Below, in pieces: positions 9,872 through 18,721 of a stretch of DNA of 26,470 bases. Made by a program: the position numbers and the translations under genes. The stretch lies in the IMG/VR virus record IMGVR_UViG_2802429219_000004; one strand, 5' to 3'. The notes beneath the pieces are model-generated. The model did no database searches. It had not been told where the DNA came from and saw only the letters and a list, made by a program, of their open reading frames with translations. The DNA comes from a virus (taxonomy: Duplodnaviria; Heunggongvirae; Uroviricota; Caudoviricetes). Each line of letters starts with the position of its first letter. Positions within the stretch are counted from its first letter, which is position 1.

Positions 9872-10187
9872 TGAGTTTTACCGGCACTTCTTCTGCACTG
9901 GTTCCGGCATCTGCCCAGACAACCCCGACCAGCGGATCAGAGCCGCTGTTAGTCAGCTGAACTTTTCCGGACTTCAGATAAACCTTCTTACCCGTTTTCA
10001 TGTCATCCGTTTTCAGCTTAGGCAGCATAAACACACCTTCGGTCATGCCGTCGCCTGTTTCACCCTGTGGAATATCGGTCAGCGCCACCGCAAAAACATC
10101 ACCCACCTGCACCAGATCTCCGCTGCTGATGGCTGCACTGGCAACAATCGCCACCGTTTTTCCTTCTTCTACAAAATTCTTTGCCAT
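9864..10187 (-). CDS. Small head-module protein (DUF2190-like; possible head decoration or completion protein)
   Basis: ORF 9864..10232 trimmed to ATG at 10187 (MAKNFVEEGKTVAIV...), preceded by a GGAGA SD. Sits immediately downstream of the capsid gene. Family name is from memory and uncertain. Confidence 0.5.
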   Translation of the reverse strand: MAKNFVEEGKTVAIVASAAISSGDLVQVGDVFAVALTDIPQGETGDGMTEGVFMLPKLKTDDMKTGKKVYLKSGKVQLTNSGSDPLVGVVWADAGTSAEEVPVKLNV

Positions 10188-10273
10188 AACTGTCTCCGCA
10201 CAGCCCCGTTCAGGGGCTGATTTCAGGTACAAAAAAAGCCCTTACGGGCCATCAGAGTTGTTGTCTGCGACGT

Positions 10274-12232
10274 TTACGCCGTACATTTCACCAGACCGCG
10301 GTGATCAACTGGCGCGACACCGGCGTCAATACGCACTTTCGTTGTCACGCCATCCACACTGAAGCCCTCCATCTGATCAATATATGGCGTATCCACACCG
10401 TTGAGATAAGCCACTTCAATCGTATCGGAGCCTTTTGACGCAGCCAGGTAGAAGGTGGTCTGGCTGTTATCATCAAGACGAGGCTCTGCAATAACGGTCG
10501 CAAAATCTTTCACCGGGTTAATAATACCGGCGTTAATGTCAGCCCCCTTGACACTTGAGGAGCGAATGACCTGGTTAGCAACAGACTCCATCGCCGTCGG
10601 TACCAGTACGAACGCAGGACGAATATTCAGATGACGCTCCCCCTCTTTCTGAACGCGCATCAACTGGCGGGCTTTATCCAGCGATGCCACGTCCATTGCA
10701 GCGCTCTCCAGTACGTTTGCATGTTTCGCTTTATCGAACAGATTTACATTATCTGTGGAGATTTTCGGGTTAGACGTCAGAATGGCATAAACCAGATCGG
10801 CAATAGTGGATTTCGCCGCACGGCCCAGTTTCATCGGGACATCGGTCAGCATATTCAGATCATCATTGATAATGGCCTGACGGGTGATACTGAACAGCTC
10901 GCCATAGGTCGCCAGTGCAATAGTGGCCTGTTTATCTCCGGTGGTGACGTATTTATATTCCGCCCCTTCACGCACCTGACGCAGAGCACTGAAGCCCCCC
11001 ATACCCACACGATGGGCAATTTTAAAATCAGACAACTGACCTTTCCGCGTCCACTGTTCATAGGTTTCAGGGGCATCTTCCCAGCCCTGCAGAATGGCTT
11101 TGTTCGCAACATCCAGCAGAATATTACCGAAGTCAGACGTACTGTGTGTGAACGCCGCACCGACCATCTGCATCGGGTTATAACTGGAAACCCCAATACC
11201 CCGTTCAGTCAGTGACATACGGGCATATTCACGCAGGGTCATCCCGTTGTAGACATTATCACGTTCGGTTTTTTCAAATCCGGCACGCGCCATCAGCGCC
11301 TGGCGGATCCCGTCCCCCACAAAATTACCGTTACCGGCATAAATATGAGCCGGGGTATTTTTATTGGATGGCGTGGACTCGCGCCCCATCTCGTTCAACA
11401 GCTTTTCGCGGGCCTGCTCCAGCGAACATTCAGGATCGGCAAGACACTGAGCCTGCAGCGACTGATAACGCCCGCCAAACATGGCAAACAGATCATTAAT
11501 ACCGTTTACACGCGCTTTTTGCTCTGCCAGGACCTGCGCACGGATGCTGTTTTCATCCACCACGGGTGCTGCTGCCTGCACTGGCGTCCGGGAGGCTGCA
11601 GGTTCATCATCCTGTACGCGTGGAGCACTGTTGCGTGGCGGAGTAATCATGTTTCGAATGGATTCCGGCATCTTTTTAAATTCCTCTGTACGTTTTGACT
11701 GAATACATGCCATTGCCTTAACGGCTGGCGTTACCTGATCAGCAAATCCATGTGCCAGACATTCGGCACCGGACATCCAGGTCTCATCCGCCAGCATGGC
11801 AGCAATTTCATCGGTGGTTTTCCCGGTTTTCTGTGCATAAGCGGGTAACAGAACCGCCTCAACTTTATCGAGCAGGTCGGCATAGGTGCGCATGTCCTCC
11901 GCATTACCGCCCGTAAAGCCAAATGGTTTATGAATCATCATGAAGGTGTTTTCCGGCATAATGACCGGGTTTCCCACCATCGCAATGACCGACGCCATTG
12001 ACGCCGCCATACCGTCGACATAAACGGTAATGGACGCACCATGTGTTTTCAGCGCATTAAAAATGGCGATGCCTTCAAAGACATCGCCACCCGGTGAATT
12101 AATATGGAGATTAATGTGGGTGATATCGCCCAGTGCATTCAGATCACTGATAAACTGCTTCGCTGTAACACCCCAGAAACCAATCTCGTCATAAATATAA
12201 ATATCCGCGTCACTCTGGTGACCAGCCTGCAT
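10274..12232 (-). CDS. Prohead protease (ClpP/S49-like) fused to HK97-fold major capsid protein, helper copy
   Basis: ORF 10274..12493 trimmed to ATG at 12232 (MQAGHQSDADIYIYDEIGFWG), 13 nt after the portal stop. N-terminal half has a ClpP-like SPGGDVFEGIAIFNAL motif; the C-terminal half is capsid-like. The track's longer N-terminal extension overlaps the portal gene and is rejected. Confidence 0.85.
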   Translation of the reverse strand: MQAGHQSDADIYIYDEIGFWGVTAKQFISDLNALGDITHINLHINSPGGDVFEGIAIFNALKTHGASITVYVDGMAASMASVIAMVGNPVIMPENTFMMIHKPFGFTGGNAEDMRTYADLLDKVEAVLLPAYAQKTGKTTDEIAAMLADETWMSGAECLAHGFADQVTPAVKAMACIQSKRTEEFKKMPESIRNMITPPRNSAPRVQDDEPAASRTPVQAAAPVVDENSIRAQVLAEQKARVNGINDLFAMFGGRYQSLQAQCLADPECSLEQAREKLLNEMGRESTPSNKNTPAHIYAGNGNFVGDGIRQALMARAGFEKTERDNVYNGMTLREYARMSLTERGIGVSSYNPMQMVGAAFTHSTSDFGNILLDVANKAILQGWEDAPETYEQWTRKGQLSDFKIAHRVGMGGFSALRQVREGAEYKYVTTGDKQATIALATYGELFSITRQAIINDDLNMLTDVPMKLGRAAKSTIADLVYAILTSNPKISTDNVNLFDKAKHANVLESAAMDVASLDKARQLMRVQKEGERHLNIRPAFVLVPTAMESVANQVIRSSSVKGADINAGIINPVKDFATVIAEPRLDDNSQTTFYLAASKGSDTIEVAYLNGVDTPYIDQMEGFSVDGVTTKVRIDAGVAPVDHRGLVKCTA

Positions 12233-12245
12233 CCTGAACCAGGAA

Positions 12246-13754
12246 TTATTCTTCGGACTGGTCGTCGGTGTGCTGCGGCTCCTGTCGTTTCGTTGCGGCA
12301 CTGCTGCCTCCTTTATCACTGGCCGGATCGGTATCAAATACCAGATCCAGCTTGCGGTTTTCATCAATTTCGGCCTTGCGCCGACGTTTGACATCATCCG
12401 GATTACGACCACCAGCACGTACCCAGTCTGATTCTGTCGCCGCTCCACCACGAATCTGGATTTTCCAGGCCTCAGCCTCCTTAACAGGGTCAATCCACGG
12501 CATCACTGGTCCGGAATACACCGCGGTATACAGTGAAGAACGGTCAAGATCGCGGGGTAACCTGATAACACCGGATGCCACAGCCTGTTTCAGCCATGCA
12601 CGATACATCGGGCGGGTGACGGCACCAATAAACCAGTCCTGCAGGATCAGGTAGCCATCAGTAGACTCAACCAGCTCCTGACGCTGGGCGCTGTAAGTGC
12701 CGTTATAGTTGCGCGCTGTACTGGAAAAACTCAGACGACTGCCAGCCGCCACTGCACGCAACTGACCATTACGAAAAGTTTCAAGATTAGGATTGGGGCG
12801 ATCCGACTTCACCATTCCAATTTCTTCGCCGGGTTTCAGATCGTCGTAAATAATGCCTGGCTGAATGGTAAGCTCGCGTTCCTTATCCTTGCTGCCATTA
12901 CCATCCGGTTCATAGCTCTGCCCGTCGCCTTTGCGGATGTACATCCCCAGAGCAGCGGCGATCCTTGCTGCAGTCAGCTCAGAATCTTCATACTCTTTCA
13001 GGGCACTGAGGCGGATCAGCACACCGGACAACAAAGACGTCCCGCGCATCTGGTGCAGACGGCGAACAAATTTAAGATGCAGCATTCGCTCTGCATCCAC
13101 TTCTTTGGTTTCCATCTGCCGTCCGGATACGGGACGGCTTTTATACACCAGATATTTTTCGGGACGCCCCCAGTCATCAACAAACACGCCCTGATTCAGC
13201 CTGTTGCTCTCATCACTGGTCATGGGAATAAAGTCTGGCTCGAGCGCCTCCAGCCAGAAATGAACACCGGCAGAAGGCGTCAGGCTGTTTATGCGCCCGG
13301 AAACCATCTGGGCAAACACCTCACCATCGCGCAGCCAGGTACGCAGCATCAGACGTTCCAGCATCGGACGGGTAAACTGCCCGGTGACTTCCGGGCTGAC
13401 AGACCATTCACTCCATCGGGTGCGAATCTCCGCTGCCAGATCACGGGCAATGGCCCCATTGCGTAATACCGGATGTGGCTCGACAATAATCCCGTTTTTC
13501 CCCACCACCCGTTCTTCCAGCTTGTCAAATACACCAATAACCAGATCGTGGTTGTTATCAAGGTAACGGGCCTGCTCACGTAACGACACGGCCCCGTACT
13601 GGCTTAACTGGTCGGCAGTTCGGTTTTCCCGCCGGGCTTTGTGTGTCCGCGTCGTTTTTACGGCCTCATAAGCCTGGATCACCGCACGGGAACGCAGCCT
13701 TGCCGCTTTCCATCCTGGTGAAAAAACGCCAATCACATCATCAAGAATTGCCAT
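12246..13754 (-). CDS. B: Portal protein
   Basis: ORF 12246..13826 trimmed to ATG at 13754 (MAILDDVIGVFSPGWKAARLRSRAV), which overlaps the W stop (TGATG). About 502 aa, located between W and the capsid gene. Confidence 0.85.
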   Translation of the reverse strand: MAILDDVIGVFSPGWKAARLRSRAVIQAYEAVKTTRTHKARRENRTADQLSQYGAVSLREQARYLDNNHDLVIGVFDKLEERVVGKNGIIVEPHPVLRNGAIARDLAAEIRTRWSEWSVSPEVTGQFTRPMLERLMLRTWLRDGEVFAQMVSGRINSLTPSAGVHFWLEALEPDFIPMTSDESNRLNQGVFVDDWGRPEKYLVYKSRPVSGRQMETKEVDAERMLHLKFVRRLHQMRGTSLLSGVLIRLSALKEYEDSELTAARIAAALGMYIRKGDGQSYEPDGNGSKDKERELTIQPGIIYDDLKPGEEIGMVKSDRPNPNLETFRNGQLRAVAAGSRLSFSSTARNYNGTYSAQRQELVESTDGYLILQDWFIGAVTRPMYRAWLKQAVASGVIRLPRDLDRSSLYTAVYSGPVMPWIDPVKEAEAWKIQIRGGAATESDWVRAGGRNPDDVKRRRKAEIDENRKLDLVFDTDPASDKGGSSAATKRQEPQHTDDQSEE

Positions 13755-13966
13755 CAGAACCTCGCCAGCCGGTACCCGGGATGCCCCCGTCGTCGTGTAA
13801 TCAGAGCCGCAAGGCGGCGCTCCCACTCCTGCCGTCCCTGCCGGATCTCAGATAAGTTTTCCATGGTCATCTGCTGACCATTAAAAGTGACGGATTTTCC
13901 GTCCAGCACCGCCATTTCAGCTTCCGTATAACGCTGAATCATGGCTTCAATATCATTCTGATTCAT
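13754..13966 (-). CDS. W: Head-tail connector / DNA stabilisation protein (gpW-like)
   Basis: About 70-aa ORF ending RRRGHPGYRLARF, like the lambda W C-terminus. Its ATG at 13966 overlaps the terL stop (ATGA). Lies between terL and portal as in lambda. Confidence 0.7.
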   Translation of the reverse strand: MNQNDIEAMIQRYTEAEMAVLDGKSVTFNGQQMTMENLSEIRQGRQEWERRLAALITRRRGHPGYRLARF

Positions 13967-15075
13967 AACCATCCTCCGGAAGTCAGCCAGGGGTTAACAT
14001 CGTCAGTTACTGTTTTCTTCCGTTTTTGTTTTTTAACAGGCGTGGGTACCGGTTCCGGTGAGGGTGACGGTTCGGTACTGTCCGGGACACACTCCAGCCA
14101 GGTTTCCCGGCTCGCCCACTCCGGTGCATCCGGCCAGCGGATCTTTTCGTATCCATGCAGAATGACCAGCGCCTCGGCATACACCATCAGGTCAAAAGCT
14201 TCGTTGGCACCGCGACCCGGCTTACTCCATTTCCCGTCACTGCTCCGCTCTTCATACGTCAGTTCGTCGTAAAACCAGCTCCCCAGCCAGTCAGGGAAAT
14301 GCACATAGCCTGGACCTGGCGAGTCACGCCATAACGCGTTATTCACCCGGTCTTTCAGGGCATCCGTCTGAAGAAGCCAGAGCGGCACATCACCTGCGGC
14401 CTGCGCCCGGCGGCCCGTTCGTCCGGTGTTATCAGGGAATGTACGGCTGATCAGTTTTGCGCGCCGGATGCTGTCGCCCTTAAACAGGTAAATACGTTTA
14501 CCAAGGCCATCACGACGGCAACGACGCCAGAATTTATAGGCATTATCAGTGACCCCGTCTTCACCGCCGGAGTCCACCGCCATTGCCATCAGTCGCATTT
14601 GTTGAGAAGGATCGGAGGCCAGCGGCCAGCTTTTATGAAAAACATCCGTCAGCAGGACATCCCAGTCTTCCGGATAGCTGGCCGGATCAATTCGCTGGCT
14701 CTCCCCGTCGCAGTCACTGCGCAATGACTGCGTGATGTTGTAACGATCAATAATCCAGCGTTCGCCACGGCTGCCATAGCCCGTTACCTGAACCACAAAA
14801 CGGCGATGACGTCCCGCCTGCACATCCACTGTCGCCACAAGGAAATTAACGCCATCCGGAACACTGCGGGAAGGAACTGGCTCTGCCCGCTGCTCAAGCA
14901 GTTCACTTTTTCGTTGCTCCATGCTGGCACGAGGAAGATAAGGCAATCCCCAGTCGGTGTTGATAACCGCCCTGAGTGTTTCTTCGCTTCCTGTCGCTTC
15001 ATACTCCTGTTCTGCAGTCAGTAATTTGTAAACCAGTTGCGCCCAGGTCTGATACGCAGCAGCTGGCCCTTCCAT
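13963..15075 (-). CDS. A: Terminase large subunit (gpA-like), C-terminal segment of a gene split by island insertion
   Basis: 370-aa ORF directly upstream of W and portal. Resembles the lambda gpA C-terminal half (WIIDRY, GPGYVHFP, NEAFDLMVYAEAL). It begins exactly at the CATCCAG core; its first residues MEGPAAAYQTW continue in register from the ...ASFWM end of the fragment at 25811..26380. Confidence 0.8.
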   Translation of the reverse strand: MEGPAAAYQTWAQLVYKLLTAEQEYEATGSEETLRAVINTDWGLPYLPRASMEQRKSELLEQRAEPVPSRSVPDGVNFLVATVDVQAGRHRRFVVQVTGYGSRGERWIIDRYNITQSLRSDCDGESQRIDPASYPEDWDVLLTDVFHKSWPLASDPSQQMRLMAMAVDSGGEDGVTDNAYKFWRRCRRDGLGKRIYLFKGDSIRRAKLISRTFPDNTGRTGRRAQAAGDVPLWLLQTDALKDRVNNALWRDSPGPGYVHFPDWLGSWFYDELTYEERSSDGKWSKPGRGANEAFDLMVYAEALVILHGYEKIRWPDAPEWASRETWLECVPDSTEPSPSPEPVPTPVKKQKRKKTVTDDVNPWLTSGGWL

Positions 15076-15082
15076 CCAGGAA
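15073..15082. repeat. Left attachment-site core (attL): CATCCAG followed by GAA
   Basis: CATCCAG at 15073..15079 is identical to 25814..25820. Flanking bases are partly conserved (CCCT upstream, AA downstream). Sits exactly at the break point of the terL reading frame. Confidence 0.65.
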
Positions 15083-15384
15083 GAAGTAAATAAAAGGTAA
15101 CTAAATGATTATAAGGTACTATTGAGTTATGCCCCCTACAACATAGTCCCAGATTTAGTACCTGCTTAAGCGATAAAAAAGCAAAAAAGGAAGCAATATT
15201 AATTATTGCCGCTATGCATGATCACAATGACAAATCAGAGGCGGAATTCCGCTCTCGGAACTCACATATGAGAAACGATATTTCTTCCACCGATACCCTT
15301 TATTTGGGTATCGCAAGTAAGCCCCAAAATCTGGGTGTTACTCTTACTACCCAAACTACGGGTAGTTTCCGTAATTTCATGGTC

Positions 15385-15404
15385 GAGTTGCAGATCTGCA
15401 ACTC
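15385..15404. promoter_or_regulatory. Perfect 20-bp palindrome GAGTTGCAGATCTGCAACTC in the island arm next to attL
   Basis: Exact reverse-complement symmetry read from the sequence. Lies in the roughly 370-bp non-coding arm between orf95 and the attL core. Candidate protein-binding site; function unknown. Confidence 0.4.
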
Positions 15405-15449
15405 ACCCACCAGCCAACGCACTTTTGCGCTATCAGGAATATCAACAAA

Positions 15450-15737
15450 TTACCGCCGCAACCATTCCGGCTTCTTCCACTGATAAGTATTTTTCGCGCT
15501 CTCCCTCCGTTGTTGAGAACGGCGACGGTATGCCAGCAACTCAAGGACTCTGGTTCGTATGTTGCGCATATCCACGCCGTTAAGCTCAATACCGTCACGG
15601 CGCATCACCTCAGCCACCACACGCGCGTAATTTTCAGCGGTGACTGTATCCGGCTGCGCGGCCTGTTCGTCAGCCAACTGGCTAATTCCACCAGCACAGC
15701 GGATTAATCGCAGTATTTCAGATTCGGTCATTATCAT
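15450..15737 (-). CDS. Hypothetical protein (95 aa), translationally coupled to terS
   Basis: ATG at 15737 overlaps the terS stop (ATGA). N-terminus SEILRLIRCAGGISQL weakly resembles the N-terminus of lambda gpA as I remember it. Function unknown. Confidence 0.5.
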   Translation of the reverse strand: MIMTESEILRLIRCAGGISQLADEQAAQPDTVTAENYARVVAEVMRRDGIELNGVDMRNIRTRVLELLAYRRRSQQRRESAKNTYQWKKPEWLRR

Positions 15738-16219
15738 GCCTGTTTTGCGACCTCATTCACTACGTCATTTTTTACCATCCGGCTGATAATCTGATTACAC
15801 AAATCGTCAATAATTGACTGCACTCTGTTTACTGCCATCGGTTTAAGCCCAACATCACGTGCCAGAATACTGGGGAGTTTTTCCAGTTCCTCGCTTACGA
15901 TTTCTCCCCATATAGCCATCTCTTTTCGCACATCATCGGCGGGTATGAGTTGCGCCGTTTCCTGTTCGAACTTGAGGCGCTCACGTTCGGACTGATACCA
16001 GGCCTTACGGTCGTGTGGCTCCATTTCTTCCAGTGATGCCGGAACGGGAAGATCAAGAAAACAGGTCAGAATGTCAGTCACCCGATAGAGTTTCAGCTTG
16101 TCATGTCCTCCGGCTGGCTGGATATTTTTCAGCCTTGCCGCCGCAGTCTGGCGACATATTCCCGCTATCGCCGCCAGCTGGTTAATGTTCAGCATCAGAT
16201 TTTTCAGTTCCCGATCCAT
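15734..16219 (-). CDS. Terminase small subunit (Nu1-like), island-encoded
   Basis: ORF 15734..16276 trimmed to ATG at 16219 (MDRELKNLMLNINQLAAIAGICRQTAAARL), with a GGAG SD 6 nt upstream. N-terminal HTH resembles lambda Nu1 (NKKQLADIFGASIRTIQNW). Lies immediately downstream of cos-like repeat 1, as Nu1 follows cos in lambda. Confidence 0.75.
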   Translation of the reverse strand: MDRELKNLMLNINQLAAIAGICRQTAAARLKNIQPAGGHDKLKLYRVTDILTCFLDLPVPASLEEMEPHDRKAWYQSERERLKFEQETAQLIPADDVRKEMAIWGEIVSEELEKLPSILARDVGLKPMAVNRVQSIIDDLCNQIISRMVKNDVVNEVAKQA

Positions 16220-16372
16220 ACCCGCTCCAGAATGTTTTAAAAATGCATCTTGCAAATATCTTTTAAAAAAGGTCAAAAAACGCGCTGCATGTTGAACACA
16301 AAATAAGCAAAATTAACATACCAAAAATAAAAACACTTAAAATTCAATATAATAGAAAGATGATGATGACGA

Positions 16373-16445
16373 ATGAAAATGCAAAAACTAGCCTTTTTCC
16401 GCGCCGCTCCCGCCCCGTGGCAGGTCACTACACCGGGAGGACCCG
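16373..16445 (-). other. cos-like element, copy 1 (cosQ/cosN-like), upstream of island terS
   Basis: Minus-strand reading ATGGGTCCTCCCGGTG...CACGGGGCGGGAGCGTCGCGG resembles lambda cosQ (GGGTCCTTTCCGGTG) and cosN (GGGCGGCGACCT, then CGCGG), with 34 versus 35 nt spacing. 70/73 identical to copy 2 at 18908..18980. Confidence 0.55.
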
Positions 16446-16470
16446 TAAAAAAAGGCGGCTATCGCCGCCC
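16446..16470 (-). terminator. Intrinsic terminator after the island capsid gene
   Basis: Hairpin GGCGGC-tatc-GCCGCC (16454..16469) followed on the minus strand by a run of 7 T, starting a few nt after the capsid stop codon at 16477. Confidence 0.6.
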
Positions 16471-16476
16471 TTGTTG

Positions 16477-18390
16477 TCATGCTCCACTCGATTTCAGTAA
16501 TCCGCGATAGTCGAGGGCCGCGACACCTGCATCTATGCGCACCTTCCAGGCGACGCCATCAACAGTAAATCCCTCCTGCTCCTCAAGATATGGCGTATCA
16601 ATACCATCAAGATAAGCGACCTCTATCGTGTCCATCCCCTTCGCCGCTGCCACATACCACTCCTTGTTATTGGCTTTATCAAGACGCGGCTCGACGATAA
16701 CCTCTGCCATATCTTTCACCGCGTTAATGATGCCGGGGTTCTGATTGATAGTGCCTCCACCATCAATCGGAAAGAGTGATGACGATGACAGAATGGCGCG
16801 ATGTGCGGCAGACTCCAGCGCAGCAGGGACCAGAACAAAAGCGGGGGTAATATTCAGGGAGTCGCCGTTGGCATCCTCCTGTAATCGCATCAGCTTACGG
16901 GCTTCGTTAAGCCCCTCCATGTCCATATCCTTCGCAATAAGATTTTTATGATCGGCATGGAATAACGCTTTACCATCCGTAAATTTGCCGTTGCTGGTTA
17001 ACAGAAGATAAACCAGATTACCTACTGTTCTGGCGGCCGCACGCCCCATCGCCATGGGGATTGTAGTTAACTGGGTCAGGTCATCGTTGATAATGGCCTG
17101 ACGGGTAACAGAAAAAATATTACCGTATGTGGCCAGCGCAATAGGTACACCTTTATCGCTGGTGGTGATGTATTTATATTCCGCACCTTCCGGTACTTTA
17201 TCCAGCTTTGAAAAACCATTCAGACCAACGCGCTTTGCTTCATGAAAGTTTGAAAGCGATCCGGTACGCGTCCATTTCTGGAACGTTTCGCCGCTGTCCT
17301 GCCAGCCTTTCAGCACTGACTTTTCAGCACCACCAGCCAGAATATGAGAAAAATCGCTGCTGCTGTGTGTGAAAGCTGCATTAACGACCTGCGAGCGATT
17401 TAAAAAACTGCCAACACTGATACCACGATCAGTTAGTGATGCCTGGGCCATTTCAAAAAGGCTCATCATCGCATAAGGATTTCCCCGCTCTGGGCGTTCA
17501 TACCCGAGACGAGAATAAAGCCCCTGACGAATTGCATCGCCTGTTATGTTCCCGTTACCGGCATAAATATGAGTCGGGATATTTTTATTGGATGGCGTGG
17601 ACTCGCGCCCCAGCTCGTTCAACAACTTTTCACGGGCCATCTCCGGTGTACATGATGCATCCTCCAGGCACGCCATTTTGATCCCGTCGTAACGACTGCC
17701 GAACAGGCTAAACACTTCACTTATTCCGTTGATGCGCTTCTGTTCATTACCAGCAATATTGGCTGCTCCCTGTGGCGGGATAATCATTCCTTTAATGGTT
17801 TCCGGCATGTGTGAAAAATCTCCTGTGCGTTTCGATTCAATTCGCGCCATTGCTGTGACAGATGGCAACAATTCATCAGCAAAACCGTGCTTAAGGCATT
17901 CTTTCCCGTCCATCCAGGTTTCATCTTCCAGCATGGCGGTAATTTCCTGTGCTGATTTGCCCGTTTTTCTGGCATAAGCAGGGACTAACACGGTTTCCAC
18001 CTTATCCAGCAAATCAGCATAATCACGCATATCACCAGCATTTCCGCCAGAGATACCCCACGGCTTATGTATCATCATCATGGCGTTTTCCGGCATCACA
18101 ACACGATCGCCAGCCATTGCGACAACCGAAGCCATTGAAGCCGCAACACCATCGATATAAACCGTAATTTCTGCCGGATGATTCCGTAACAGGTTATAGA
18201 TGGCGATGCCTTCAAACACGTCACCACCTGGCGAATGGATCCGCAGGTCGATATGTGAGACATCGCCCAGGGCTTTCAGGTCTTCCGCAAACTTCTTCGC
18301 GGTAATACCGAAGCCGCCAATTTCTTCATAGATGGATATTTCTGCCGCTCCGCGAACACCCAGCGCCTTAATGGTGTACCAGTGATTCAT
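16477..18390 (-). CDS. Prohead protease (ClpP/S49-like) fused to major capsid protein, island paralog
   Basis: 637-aa ORF with ATG at 18390. Has the same SPGGDVFEGIAIYNLL protease motif and capsid C-terminus (TIEVAYLDGIDTPY) as the helper gene at 10274..12232, but is diverged elsewhere. Confidence 0.85.
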   Translation of the reverse strand: MNHWYTIKALGVRGAAEISIYEEIGGFGITAKKFAEDLKALGDVSHIDLRIHSPGGDVFEGIAIYNLLRNHPAEITVYIDGVAASMASVVAMAGDRVVMPENAMMMIHKPWGISGGNAGDMRDYADLLDKVETVLVPAYARKTGKSAQEITAMLEDETWMDGKECLKHGFADELLPSVTAMARIESKRTGDFSHMPETIKGMIIPPQGAANIAGNEQKRINGISEVFSLFGSRYDGIKMACLEDASCTPEMAREKLLNELGRESTPSNKNIPTHIYAGNGNITGDAIRQGLYSRLGYERPERGNPYAMMSLFEMAQASLTDRGISVGSFLNRSQVVNAAFTHSSSDFSHILAGGAEKSVLKGWQDSGETFQKWTRTGSLSNFHEAKRVGLNGFSKLDKVPEGAEYKYITTSDKGVPIALATYGNIFSVTRQAIINDDLTQLTTIPMAMGRAAARTVGNLVYLLLTSNGKFTDGKALFHADHKNLIAKDMDMEGLNEARKLMRLQEDANGDSLNITPAFVLVPAALESAAHRAILSSSSLFPIDGGGTINQNPGIINAVKDMAEVIVEPRLDKANNKEWYVAAAKGMDTIEVAYLDGIDTPYLEEQEGFTVDGVAWKVRIDAGVAALDYRGLLKSSGA

Positions 18391-18596
18391 TGCTCACCCC
18401 CAGATGCAAAACCATTCTTATCAAGCCACGCGTTAACTGCGTGTCTGACAATCTGCGCCGCACCTGGTAATGGTTGGTCAGGATGATGATTTATGTGGTC
18501 GATCCTGTACTGCTTAAGGCGCATAACGGTCTGCGCATCCAGATGAACGGAACCACCTTTTACCTCGCCTGTGTTCAGGTCGTTAATACAATTCAC
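18387..18596 (-). CDS. Hypothetical small protein (69 aa), translationally coupled to the island capsid gene
   Basis: GTG start at 18596 preceded by AAGAGGAAG. Its stop overlaps the capsid ATG (ATGA). Predicted strand-helix-helix pattern (SVHLDAQTVMRLKQYRIDH...AAQIVRHAVNAWLDKNG) suggests a ribbon-helix-helix fold. The helper has no equivalent gene upstream of its capsid gene. Confidence 0.5.
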   Translation of the reverse strand: MNCINDLNTGEVKGGSVHLDAQTVMRLKQYRIDHINHHPDQPLPGAAQIVRHAVNAWLDKNGFASGGEQ

Positions 18597-18696
18597 AGTA
18601 ACTTCCTCTTACTGACTAAACTGCGCGCATTATTGATCGATAAAAGTGGTAGATAAACATATTTCTATCATAAAAATAGATTAATCAGATTCAGAC

Positions 18697-18721
18697 ACAA
18701 AAAAGCCGGAGAGAATCCGGC
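18697..18721 (-). terminator. Intrinsic terminator between cos-like copy 2 and the small-protein/capsid operon
   Basis: Hairpin GCCGGA-gagaa-TCCGGC (18705..18721) followed on the minus strand by TTTTTTGTG. Confidence 0.5.

Noticed and set aside
12233-12493. N-terminal extension of the helper capsid ORF in the track (10274..12493)
   Set aside because: The extension overlaps the portal gene 3' end in another frame. An ATG with SD at 12232 gives a protein starting in line with the island paralog.
16373-16504. Short ORF starting ATGAAAATG inside each cos-like repeat (MKMQK(L/P)AFFR...)
   Set aside because: All three nucleotide differences between the two copies would be non-synonymous, the downstream continuation differs completely, and there is no SD. 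The conservation is better explained as a DNA element.
17436-17681. Plus-strand ORFs 11212..11499 and 17436..17681 sharing the peptide RYRHKYE(P/S)GYFYWMAWTRAP
   Set aside because: The shared peptide is simply the antisense reading of the conserved 87-bp patch in the two capsid genes, not an independent gene.
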